A stretch of DNA of 24,572 bases from Octopus sinensis (GCF_006345805.1 NW_021836366.1:1-24572); one strand, 5' to 3'. Positions 11,630 through 23,848 are shown, counted from the first letter of the stretch. The notes: generated from the letters alone by a model not told the origin. Numbers and translations are program-made.

Positions 11630-11686
11630 ACTTCCAATAATTCAGTTTACAAATTATGAAGTAATTGTAACTGAATTATTGGAAGT

Positions 11687-11729
11687 CCACCTGAAGATTG
11701 TCGATCAAGACAAGAAACGATTGTAGTGG
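11687..11729 (+). ncRNA. Type I hammerhead ribozyme motif (minimal, Penelope-like type)
   Basis: CCAC-CTGAAGA-TTGTC-gatcaa-GACAA-GAAA-C-gatt-G-TA-GTGG. Stem I is CCAC/GTGG, the core is CUGANGA and GAAA, stem II is a perfect 5 bp, stem III is short with quasi-palindromic CGATTG, and the GUA cleavage triplet is at 11723-11725. Confidence 0.85.
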
Positions 11730-11912
11730 CGGTTTTTTTGACTATTTATTAAAATTTTATGTATTGATTAAGTCTTCCTCTTTGTTTTTGCAAAATAGTG
11801 GTTTTGTCTCTAATAATATTTTATACATATATATATATATATATACACAAATATATATATGTATAGATAGATATATACAATCATGTATAGATAATATATA
11901 CACACCTCATAT

Positions 11913-11952
<40 letters not shown>

Positions 11953-12044
11953 TTATTAATAAAGCTGCAAAACCATCACAAATACTGTTACTTGGAATTT
12001 TATGTTTCTGTTTGCCGGACAGTTTTGGTTGAGAATGGAACAAA

Positions 12045-12114
12045 ATTACTCTACCTCCAGTATTCGAGTACTATTTCTTCCATCTTGTTTTACACTTATG
12101 TGCTTACTTTGGTA
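12045..12114 (+). mobile_element. Diverged family D copy in the opposite orientation
   Basis: ATTACTCTACCTCCAGTATTCGAGTACTATTTCTTCCATCTTGTTTTACACTTATGTGCTTACTTTGGTA aligns with the reverse complement of 11244-11313. Confidence 0.72.
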
Positions 12115-12195
12115 TGTATATTATATATATATATATATAGAATCACATTACATATAATAGACATACATCACATACACACACACATATATATATAA

Positions 12196-12454
12196 AGGCA
12201 TAGGCATGGCTGTTTGCTAAGATGCTTGCTTCCCAACCACACGTTGCCAAGTTCAGTCCCACTGTGTGGAACGTTGGGCAACTAACCGTCTTCTACTATA
12301 GCCCTGGGTTGACCAAAGCCCTGTGAATGGAGTTGGTAGACAGAACTGAAAGAAGTCTGTTGTATATGAATAATATATATATATATTTTTTTTTTTACTT
12401 GTTTCAGTCTTTTGACTGTGGCCATGCTGGACCACCACCTTTAATGTGTGTGTC

Positions 12455-12533
<79 letters not shown>

Positions 12534-12700
12534 GTATATGTTTGTGCTTGTCTCCCCACCATTGCTTGACAACCATTTTGTTGGCGTACATCCTTGTAAC
12601 TTAGCTGTTCGGCAAAAGAGACCGATTGAATAAGTACTAGGTTTACAAAGAACAAGTCCTGGGATTCCAGCATGGATGCAGTCAAATGACTGAAAAAAAT
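12196..12700 (+). mobile_element. SINE family A copy interrupted by microsatellites and an inverted 3' fragment (about 12390-12443)
   Basis: The head is at 12196-12362 and the 3' part at 12540-12700. Between them lies the antisense fragment TTTACTTGTTTCAGTCTTTTGACTGTGGCCATGCTGG. Confidence 0.75.
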
Positions 12701-12941
12701 ATATATGTATATATATATAAGATATATATATATATATATACACATATATTTCCAGTTACATGTGTATCATCTCTCTCTCTCTCTTTATATATATAACATA
12801 TATATATATATATATATAGGAAAGAAGGAAGAATTATGAATATAAACATAATATACAGTATTTATATAAAATATTGTAGATGATGATGATGTATTATATA
12901 TTTTTATAACAGTACGTATCTTATGATACATATATATATAA

Positions 12942-12997
<56 letters not shown>

Positions 12998-13672
12998 TAT
13001 ACATCATTTGAGTGTCTGAGATAATATAGATAGATGAGAGTGTATAATAGAGATATACAGATAATTTATATCATAATATACACATATACTGTATATTATA
13101 TATCATACATCATTCGATACATGTAATATATAATATATAGGCAATATATACCACAGGTAACATAATATGTATGTATGTATGTATGTATGTATATACACAC
13201 ATCACAAAACACATGAGGTATATTATAGCATTAGAATATTTGATAATATCACATATTACACGTCACAGACATGCAGAGCTTACACAGCATTCACACACAT
13301 TTCATGGCATGTACATATTACACAAATTATAACTAACACACATCACATCCTACACAAACATTCCACAGCACGTACAGACAGAGCATCACATGCACATATA
13401 TTTATGCATACATTACTGAACGCCACAAATGCAAACAGCAGATTATCACGTCCACACACACGTACACCCACACTGGCATACCACACACACACACACACAC
13501 CCATTCAGCACATCACAAATAAAAGTGCACACAGCACAGCACACCACACGTAGCACACACAAACACGCACAGCACAGGAAACATCATCTCACATACATGA
13601 AACAGAGACACATGCACAGAAAACATCATCTCAAACACACATACATACACACAGCATATATATAAACACAAA

Positions 13673-14013
13673 CAGCACATCATCTCACAAACACGCATAC
13701 AGACAACACATCACAAACACACACAGCACATCATCTCACAAACACGCATACAGACAACACATCACAAACACACACAGCACATCATCTCACAAACACGCAT
13801 ACAGACAACACATCACAAACACACACAGCACATCATCTCACAAACACGCATACAGACAACACATCACAAACACACACAGCACATCATCTCACAAACACGC
13901 ATACAGACAACACATCACAAACACACACAGCACATCATCTCACAAACACGCATACAGACAACACATCACAAACACACACAGACAACACATCACAAACACA
14001 CACAACACATCAC
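13673..14013 (+). repeat. 51 bp minisatellite, about 6 identical copies plus a partial copy
   Basis: CATCTCACAAACACGCATACAGACAACACATCACAAACACACACAGCACAT recurs at 13681, 13732, 13783, 13834, 13885 and 13936. Confidence 0.95.
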
Positions 14014-14299
14014 AATAAGTTAAAAAATACACACACACAATACATTATCGCATACACACAACCACACACACAGACACAAACATTCATCGCACATCACACA
14101 TGCATACATTACAAACACCATACAAACACGAACACTACACAGCAGCATATACACACACATATATAAATTATACAATGTCATACACAGATTACATGATATC
14201 ACGCACACGTACATAACACAATATCAAAACATAAATTATATGATATCAACTACACATGAACTATAACAACATACTCATGTGTTGTATGTTCATATATTA

Positions 14300-15630
14300 T
14301 GTAATATACATATGTTATACAATATCATAGTCATATATTGTATTATATACATATACAAAGGTGTACTGCAGCACACACCTACACCATGTATAGCATACAA
14401 TATACAGCCTTATATATACATACTTAACACATTGGTGCCTTTGTGCATAAACTATGAAACAGCATACATTACACAATATCAACATACACATACATTGCAT
14501 GATAGCTATATATACAATATCACTCACTCATGTTATATATCATACACACTTTTATATACACATACATTATATGATATCATACATTCACACTAAAATATAT
14601 ACATACATTATATATCATAGTCATACATTGCATAACATAATACATACACCACACTATCTATAACATACAAATATACAACCATGTGTGTATATATATATAT
14701 CTTTTGTATATTACACAGTATCATAGTAATACATTGTATAACATACACAGACTATGGTGTACTGCAGTATACACCTACACCATGTATAGCATACAATATA
14801 CAGCCTTAAATGTACATACATAACACATTAGCGTCTTTGTGTATAAATTTAACAGCATACATTACACAATATCAGACATGCATGATATTAACTATATACA
14901 TTGCATGATATTAACTACACATACAATATCACACGGACTCATGTTATACATCATACACACTTTATATATATATATAATATATATACGTGATAAAATATCC
15001 TATGTAAACACTAAAATATACACATACTTTATACACTATCTTAAGCATACATCGGATAACATGATACATACACAAGGATATCCAGTAGCATACACTCACA
15101 CCATGTGAAGCATAGTTATACGATCAGTTACATATATAATTCATTAGTATATAACACGGTATCATAGTAATACATTGTATAACATACACAGACAATGGTG
15201 TACTGCAGCACACACCTACACCATATATATCATATAGTATACAGCCTTAAATGTATATACATAACACATTAGCATCTCAATGCATAAACTATGTAACAGC
15301 ATACATTACACAATATCAGACATGCATGATATTAACTACATACATTGCATGATATTAACTACACATACAATATCACACGGACTCATACATCATAAACACT
15401 TTTATATATACATACAATAGGTAATATCATACGTACACACTTAAATATACACACTTGTTATACAATATCTTAGTCATACATTGTATAACATGATACACAC
15501 ACAAGGATATCCAGTAGTATAAACCCACACAATGTATAACATACAGTTATACAACCCCATACATATAGAACACATTAGCATCTCTGTACATGTCTATGTA
15601 ACAGCATACATTACACAATCGTCTAAATAC
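14300..15630 (+). repeat. Degenerate tandem repeat with a 400-440 bp unit, 3 copies plus a partial copy
   Basis: The anchor GGTGTACTGCAG(C/T)A(C/T)ACACCTACACCAT occurs at 14360, 14756 and 15197. ACAGCATACATTACACAAT recurs four times. Confidence 0.85.
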
Positions 15631-16351
15631 GCAAATACACACACAAGCATACATTATATTTCCCACAGAAGCTTACATTATACAACATTATACACACACA
15701 CACTTCATACACACATCACACATACATTAAACATACATTATACACAAATACAAACGCGCAATGAAGAAATCGATGTTGGCTGAGGGCAGACGACAGGTGG
15801 CTTTAAAGTGAGGGTGCATTTCTAGCTTATTTCCATTGCAATACAAGTCCCCAAATTCGTGGCCAATTCACAGTTTAGTAGTGGGCGTCAACGTTAGCAA
15901 TGAAGAGTTGCTAACTAGTTGTATGCCTTCTCTATAGACAGAGAAGAATATAGAAGAAGATTCGACGAAAGTGTGGCACAAAATTCATTGAAACAGACTT
16001 AGGATTTAGCTATTGATATCAAATAATGAAAACTATAACAAAAATTACCCTAATATTAATTATTATTATTGTTATGCAGTGACTTCCTTTGGAAACGAAA
16101 GCGAAAGTTGCAGCAGGAAAACGGTTTCAGATAAAATTCTTCTAATTAAAATTATGAGTTTATAGAATATGGATGTAAGATTATAACAAATCATTATATA
16201 CATACATAACACACACACAGACACACACAACAGTGCACTGTAAAATGGTGAATTAGAGAAAAAATTATATAAAATTATATAACCTTTAATTTCTTTTCTG
16301 AATATGATGATAATCCTGGTTTTTGGAAGGAAGGAAAAATATCAATATTTT

Positions 16352-16359
16352 AAGGATAC
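16352..16359 (-). promoter_or_regulatory. U12-type (minor spliceosome) 5' splice site of tomosyn intron 2 (phase 2)
   Basis: The minus strand reads AT|GTATCCTTAAAA, matching the established U12 donor consensus RTATCCTT and fitting the U2 consensus GTRAGT poorly. Confidence 0.85.
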
Positions 16360-16457
16360 ATCCTAAGAGATCCGCTCTTAGTTCCGATTGCCAAAATGTG
16401 TTGTACAGGGTCGTAAGCAAGTGCAGTGGGTTGGAATGGAAATCCATGACGCACAGT
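16360..16457 (-). CDS. STXBP5: Tomosyn coding exon 2 (98 nt, start of the WD40 region)
   Basis: Translates as [32 protein letters not shown] plus 2 nt (AT), continuing exon 1 in frame (tomosyn motif CK-TVRHGFP.QP.ALA.DPVQ.ILAIGT). It is preceded by the polypyrimidine acceptor TTTTGCTTTGTGTCTTCCTTACAG and followed by GTATCCTT. This frame is not in the ORF track. Confidence 0.95.
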
Positions 16458-16591
16458 CTGTAAGGAAGACACAAAGCAAAATAGTTTATTGAAGAAGAAT
16501 CACAAAAGACATGTTCAAAGGAAAAAACAGACGACATGCAATTACACACACACATGTATATACATGACATATAAATTATATATACATACCA

Positions 16592-16623
<32 letters not shown>

Positions 16624-16923
16624 CACACATATATATATATACACATATATATCTATATACAAATATATTTTATACACACATATATATATATACACATATA
16701 TATCTATATACACATATATATCTATATACACACTATATATATATATATTATTACACATATATATCTATATATATATATACATATATGTATATACACACAC
16801 ATATATCTATATATATATACATATATGTATATACACACACATAATATATACATTTTATATAGCTATATGCATACATGTACATTTACATATATAATTACAC
16901 ATACACACACCACACACTATGTA

Positions 16924-16954
<31 letters not shown>

Positions 16955-17746
16955 CATGCACACATGTACATTTATATATGTATATATTTACATATATACA
17001 CACGCACACACGTGTATATATTCATGAATACGCACGTCTGTCCGTGCATGTGTGTGTACGTACGTGTGTATGTGTGTATGTATGTGTGTATGTATGTGTG
17101 TATCTATGTATGTGTTTGAATGTATGTATGTACGTACGTATGTGTGTATGTGTATGTATGTATGTATGTATGTATGTATGTACGTATGTATGTATGTATG
17201 TGGTTTGTGTTTGAATGTATGTATGTATGTGTTTAAATGTATGTATGTACGTACGTAGGTATGTGTGTGTGTATGTGTTTGAATGTATGTATGTTTGTAT
17301 GCAGACACAAAAATATACATAGATACATGTATGAGTGAGAGAGAGAGAGAGAGAAAGAGAGAGACAGGCAGAAACAATAAAATTTCTAACAACAAAATGG
17401 TAAAAGAAAATGCTCTTTATGAAATCTGAAAACACTGAAGGATGTCAAAGGAATTGTGATGAGCACAGATAGACATAACAAACAACTAGAAGACACTGGC
17501 CATAACAAGAAACTATAAGCAGAGACCAAGTGAAGCAGGACATAAGAGTATGGGAGAATGTGGCTGAAGGAATTCTAGAGAATATTACTGTTTATTGCTG
17601 CAGGACACAAAATAGACAAGAAATACAAATAAACCTAATTTGAGAAATAAAAGAGCAGCAAATAATTAGACATTTGAGTGGCTAATTAGGATAGATTTCC
17701 TTAAGTTAGTGAAGTACAATTATGATGAGAGAATTTCTTTTAAGTG

Positions 17747-17785
<39 letters not shown>

Positions 17786-18456
17786 GTGTGAAAATATACA
17801 CATACATGTGTATATATGTATACACGTGTGCGTGTGTGCATAGATATATAAATATATATACATTATATATATATTTATAATTGTGTATACACATTTATAC
17901 ACAAACACAAATATACACGCATACAAACAAACATAAATACACACACACACACACTTATACAGCACACACACACACACACACATATATACACACACACATG
18001 TATTATACAATTTATAAATTTTATCTTCCTACGATAATATAATTTATACACACACGCATATGCACACCTGAATTCAATATATATGTATATATATATGTAT
18101 ATATATATATACTGATGCAAATCTATATGCAATTACTATATACCCACACATATAATATACATATATATGCACACGTATATACAATACATATATATATATC
18201 TTTGTAATTATCTCTCAATGCGCATTATCCATCAATATATATATATATATATATATATATTTACATCTACCAATCAATATACATATCTATACATCTACTA
18301 ATCAATGTCGATATCTATATAGCTGTCTATCAATCAATCAATCAATCAATCAATATATAAGTGAAAAGGCAGATTAACTATATATATAATCCTTTTTTAT
18401 TAACATATAAGCAGATAAAGTGTGTATGTATATCTGTATGTGTGTATATATATATA

Positions 18457-18493
<37 letters not shown>

Positions 18494-19264
18494 CCAATTA
18501 TCTTTTTTAATAGGTTTAATGATGAGAGCGAGGGCGTATATACACAGACAAAGGAGATGGACAAAAAAAAAACCTGAATGACATAATAGTTAAAGCAAAA
18601 GAACAACTGATGATGATGATGATGGCGAAATGCTTCTGTGAGGAGATCTAGATATATAGCTGAGCCTGACATAATACATAAGAGTCAGAGCGAAAGCCAG
18701 CGAAGCATGGCGATATGACGTGAGATTCAGAGAAAGATGAGGATTATTGTGATGGGAAAAATAAAATAAAATAGTAAAATAAAATAAAAATAGTAGAAGC
18801 AAAGAGCTCAAATATCAAATAATAATGTGAATTGAAGTAATGATTTCAATTAATAATTAATTAATAAACAATAACGGTAGTTTTGACAGGAAATAGAAAT
18901 TAAAACTCTTAAAAGAAAATTTTTTTTTTTCTGTATTTTTCTATCGCAATTTTACTTCTTAATTGGGAAAAGGAATATATTTATGTATGTATGTATGTAA
19001 ATATATATGTGTGTGTATGTGTATACACACTTGATAAATGTTTACATACGAGTAAATTATATATATATATAGATGTAGAAGAAATAGCTAACGTTTTTTG
19101 GCTGCTATTTCTAAACTTCGGTATGTGGTAAAGCAAATCTTTGCTGAACCCTAATTATTAAGAATTACTTAAGTTTACCATGAAATGGTCCTTTTTTCAT
19201 GCCGTATTTTACTTGGTGAAATTATTGATTACTTCTTAATTATAATTTTACCCTTTGTTATTAT

Positions 19265-19328
<64 letters not shown>

Positions 19329-20812
19329 CATATATAGTATATAACATATATATATAATAACATATACATATATATATACTATATATATATATATATATGT
19401 GGTGTGTGTGTGTGTGTGTTAAACATACATGCACGCACACAGACAGACATATAAACACTTTCTCGAAGACACCCCCACATGTACACCTAAAATGTGTATG
19501 TGTGTAGGTAAAGTTTGTTTTATATATACATTTTCAGTATATTTTCTTTAATGAATGAAAACTCTCTTTTCATATGTGTGTGCGCGTGTGTGTGTGTGCA
19601 GAATGAATGAAGTATTTCGAAAAAGCGATTATCCGAATGTATAATAATCCTAAAATCATTTAACTACAAAAATGTCTTGCGTTTTTTTGTTTTTTTTTTA
19701 TATTTCCCGACTATTCTATATATCGATTTAGCATTATCATTTATTACATGGAAAATATATTTAGAAGAGAAACGATGAGGTTTTCTCTCCTCCATATATC
19801 CATACAGAGTATTTATTTCCGAATGAGGATGTTTTAATTAAGAAATAAAATCTGTAATATCTGGTAAATTGTCTTGGAATGTCGAGGAAGGATGTTAAAA
19901 AAAACCGAAAACGAAAAATAAACTGGGGGATTATTCAGAGGCGTTATGGAATGGTTTGTAAAAATCTGTTTGACTGTTAATTTATATATAAACGTTGTTA
20001 ATTCAAGCAGGTGTTTGTGGTGGTGGTGGTGGTGGTGGTGGCTTGTGGCAGAGATAGGAGATTGTCAGGTATATGCAGAGAGTGACAGAGAAATGGGTCG
20101 TGACAGTCGAAGAATGTTTGTGTGGGGGTGTGTATGTGTAACACCGAAGCGAGTTGCGGGAATGAGAGAAGGAGAGAACGTGTTGTTACAGAGGTAGAGA
20201 GTTTGTAACACAGGATCTATGATGGACAGCCATTGAATGAATGGAAGGAAGGAAGGAAGCAATGGGTGTCGCAGAGAACGTAAAAACAAAAATCAGTGCA
20301 TGTGACATTGAGAGACACGTGACAAAATAAAGAGGTGACACAGTGTGACAGAGAGAGAGAGGGAAGGAAGGAAAGAGAGGGGGGAAAGGTAAGAGGGTAG
20401 AACAGAGAATGAGGAAGAGATAGTGTTACAGAGGGGAAAGAGATAGAAACGGTGTGACAGATGGTGAGAAAGAAAGACAGTGTGTGTGCGTGAGAGAGAT
20501 ATAGAGAGAAAGAGCGAGTGATTGTGTGTGTGTATATAGGGAGAAGGAAAACTTAAATGTGTGGGGGAAAGATAAGCGTGACAGAAAAAGGGTGTGTTGT
20601 TTGTTACAGAGGAATAAGGTAACGACATTAACGGAATATAGTGTTGCAGAAAAACATATACGATGTTTGTGATTCGTGAAATGGTGTGTGTGTGTGTGCG
20701 TGACATAAAACGTGTGTATGCGGAAGGGTGCAAGCCATCAATCTATGAGTGTGTACATTGTAAGACCGTGTGTATGTAACTACATTATATAATACACACA
20801 CACATATATATA

Positions 20813-20880
20813 TACCGGAGTAAACACATAAATGTGAAACAAGGTGGAAAAAAGAGTACTCAAATACCAGTGGTAGAGTA
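20813..20880 (-). mobile_element. Family D copy
   Basis: Identical to 11244-11311 and flanked by (TA)n on both sides. Confidence 0.8.
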
Positions 20881-21763
20881 TATATATAGAGAGAGAGAGA
20901 GGGGGGAGGCATACCTCAACTTACGTCGGTAATTGGTCAAGACATGCGACTTAACTCGAAAAGACATTAACAAAAATTTATTAGCTAATATCTATTTTAA
21001 TAAATAGTTTCTACATTACTTTCATATGTATTTTATTTTGATTTTTTCACTTCGGTATTCGTTTCTAAGTGTTTTGTTTTTAAATTTCTTATGATTTACG
21101 TGAAGTCGGATAAATCGACGGAAGTCGAAGTTTAGTTTCTTTCTCTATTAATTTCTTACAAATAAAACCAAACCTTAAGTCTAAAAGGACGAGTGTATAT
21201 ATATATATATATAATGTGTGTGTGAGACAGCATGAGTGTGAAATGTGTATGTATGCGACAGAAAGAGATTCGTAGCAAGGTGTGTGTGTGTGTTGTGTGA
21301 TAGCAAGAGATGTGTTTAACAACAGAATTATGTTGATGTGTATATTTCAATATACATCTGTGTTTGTGTGTGTGTGTATATGTATATATATATATATGAA
21401 AGAAGGACATTGTAGCATGACAGTGAGAGAATATATTTGCATGACATCATATACAAGTCCTTATATATATATATGTATATATTGAAAACAATTGTGAGAA
21501 AGTGTGATGTATATATGTAGGTATATGTATGTTGGGGTGTGTTTATGTGTAGGTGTATATAAAAACAATGCATTTAAGAAAGATGAGGTGCTGCATATAT
21601 TTACACCTGTACATATATATACATAATTGTGTGGTACTGCATATATTTATGTATACATATATACGTCCGTTACGTACATATGTGTGTGTGACCGCATTAA
21701 ACACCTGTATGTGGTGCATTATTTATGTAATAATATGTGTAATTTAAATACAGTGTATGTACG

Positions 21764-22108
<345 letters not shown>

Positions 22109-22680
22109 CGATGCAGGGGGTGTGTGTTTGTGTGGAGAGAGAGATGTAAGGGAATGTACGAAATGTCACGTATTACAGATATGTGTGACAAAGGAAAAAA
22201 ATTTAGATATGAATGTGAGGATGTGAGAATAGGATCAGGAAGGTATTATTATTATTGTCATCTATCTACCTGGATTATTTATTTTTTATTTACACATACA
22301 CATATATGTATGTTTGTGTGAGTGCGCGCGCCTGTGTGTGTATACAAATATATATATATATATATATTGGTAAAAACGGTAAGATAACAAAAGGAAGAAA
22401 GAGACCTCAATATTATGTAAATAGAGGAAATTCATTTGATAACTGAAGAGATGGTGTTGTGGATTTCCACTTTGGAATCCGAAACTCAGAGTTTTACATT
22501 GGCTATTGAATAATGGTAACATATTAATTTACAGATATATATATATATATAATGGTTGTATACTGTCAATCTAACACGAACGTGACAATAGGGGAGTACA
22601 CCACCGCTGTATAGCCCTAGGAAGCATCGACGCCTCCATGATGGCTTTGACACATTTTCCCCTATATATATATATATATA

Positions 22681-22797
22681 TTTATTTTATAGAGGAGCTC
22701 TACAGAACTAGAACTGTTTCATTCAAATGAAGCTTCCTGATGATTTCATTTGAATGAAACAGTTCTAGTCCTGTAGAAGCTCCTTCTATAAAATAAA
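22681..22797. repeat. Short inverted repeat (arms about 50 bp) carrying a hammerhead, next to (TA)n
   Basis: TTTATTTTATAGAGGAGCTCTACAGAACTAGAACTGTTTCATTCAAATGAA versus TTCATTTGAATGAAACAGTTCTAGTCCTGTAGAAGCTCCTTCTATAAAATAAA. Confidence 0.92.
22731..22781 (+). ncRNA. Type I hammerhead ribozyme motif
   Basis: AGCTTC-CTGATGA-tTTCA-tt-TGAAt-GAAA-CAG-ttctagtc-CTG-TA-GAAGCT. Stem I is 6 bp, the core is intact, stem III is 4 bp (ACAG/CTGT), and the GUA triplet is at 22773-22775. Stem II has a U-U mismatch at its base. Confidence 0.78.
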
Positions 22798-23031
22798 TTA
22801 ATTTACTCTGCCATGTATGAGTACCTTATTTACTGTGGTTAACCCGGGACCTACATATACATATATATATATATATATACACGTATATATATGTATATAT
22901 ATATATACACGTATATATATGTATATATATATATACACGTATATATATGTATATATATATTATATATATATAAGGGGTGGAGGTAAAATACTGTATTATA
23001 ATCATAATGTGCTCGATGCACGAAGTAGAGC

Positions 23032-23071
<40 letters not shown>

Positions 23072-23227
23072 TTGCGTGTGTGTGTGTGTGTTGTGGTGTG
23101 CTTGTTTATGTGTGTCAATGTGCACGCGATTCTGTGCGTATGTATGTGTGTGTGTGTGTGTGTAAGTATGTGTATGTGTGTGCACACGCGTGCGCGTATC
23201 TGTTGCATTTATTCCATGGTTCCTTAC

Positions 23228-23368
23228 CTTGCAGATCTCGAAGTGTTCCGAACGCAATGTTTCTGTAATGTCCAATTCAGTCTTGGCTGGAGTGTTCACT
23301 GACGACCTGAGGCCGTCCAACACTCCTTTTATTTTAAATTTCTTCATTTTATCCATCACCGCTGACAT
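23228..23368 (-). CDS. STXBP5: Tomosyn (syntaxin-binding protein 5 family), coding exon 1
   Basis: Translates as MSAVMDKMKKFKIKGVLDGLRSSVNTPAKTELDITETLRSEHFEICK (47 aa). It matches the tomosyn N-terminus as I recall it (vertebrate MRKFNIRKVLDGL...IQETLQSEHFQLCK). It ends at a canonical phase-0 donor AAG|GTAAGG (GT at 23227-23226). The start could be M1 (23368), M5 (23356) or M8 (23347). Confidence 0.95.
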
Positions 23369-23640
23369 GTTAAATGTCGTTTAGGTTGCGAGACAAGTAA
23401 CATTTCCATAAGAAAAAGCCAGTGACACTTCACCATTGCCCGCGCCAACTGCCACGCTACTACTATTGCTGTTGCTGCCGCTGATGTTATTATTATTATT
23501 ACTGCTTCTTTCTCCCTTTTTTTTTTTTTCTCAACTGCTGCTAGAAGTAGTGAAGGCGGCGGTGGTGGTGGTGGTGGTGGTGGTGGTTAATCGGCAGTAG
23601 AGAAAGTACGCTTGTTGAAAGTGAGGCGATTGATAGAGAG
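23369..23640 (-). promoter_or_regulatory. Probable tomosyn 5' UTR or proximal region, relatively GC-rich with short triplet repeats and upstream ATGs
   Basis: Lies directly upstream of the start codon and contains CpGs plus (CAC)n and (AAT)n repeats. The transcription start site cannot be determined from sequence. Confidence 0.45.
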
Positions 23641-23848
23641 ACAGAGAGAGAGAGGGGAAGAGAGAGAAAGAGAGGCAGACTGAGGGGGATGAGTAGTGGT
23701 TGATACACAGAGAAGGCGGGAGATAGAGACAGAGGACGGAGGACGGAGGAGATGATTAGTGGTTGATAGAGAGAGAGAGAGAGAGAGAGAGGAAAAGTTA
23801 CCGAGAGTAATGAGTAGTAGTTATTAGAGAAAGAGATAAACAGACCAA

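Larger units (their letters stand above)
11487..11825. repeat. Long near-perfect inverted repeat (arms about 165-170 bp, loop about 5 nt) next to a (TA)n tract; probable Penelope-like remnant
   Basis: The left arm TATAAAATATTATTAGAGACAAAACC...CAGTTTACAAATTA is the reverse complement of the right arm TAATTGTAACTG...GGTTTTGTCTCTAATAATATTTTATA, with a few indels. It carries the two hammerheads. Confidence 0.95.

Noticed and set aside
16286-16630. 114 aa minus-strand ORF overlapping exon 2
   Set aside because: Wrong frame; the real exon frame (TVRHGFP...) is different and bounded by splice sites.
18607-18630. CTGATGA...GAAA hammerhead-like spacing
   Set aside because: CTGATGA is the start of a (GAT)n microsatellite, and no stems I-III can form.
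22826-23227. Extension of the 180 aa ORF beyond ...HFEICK
   Set aside because: It reads through the GTAAGG donor into intronic microsatellites; homology resumes only at exon 2.
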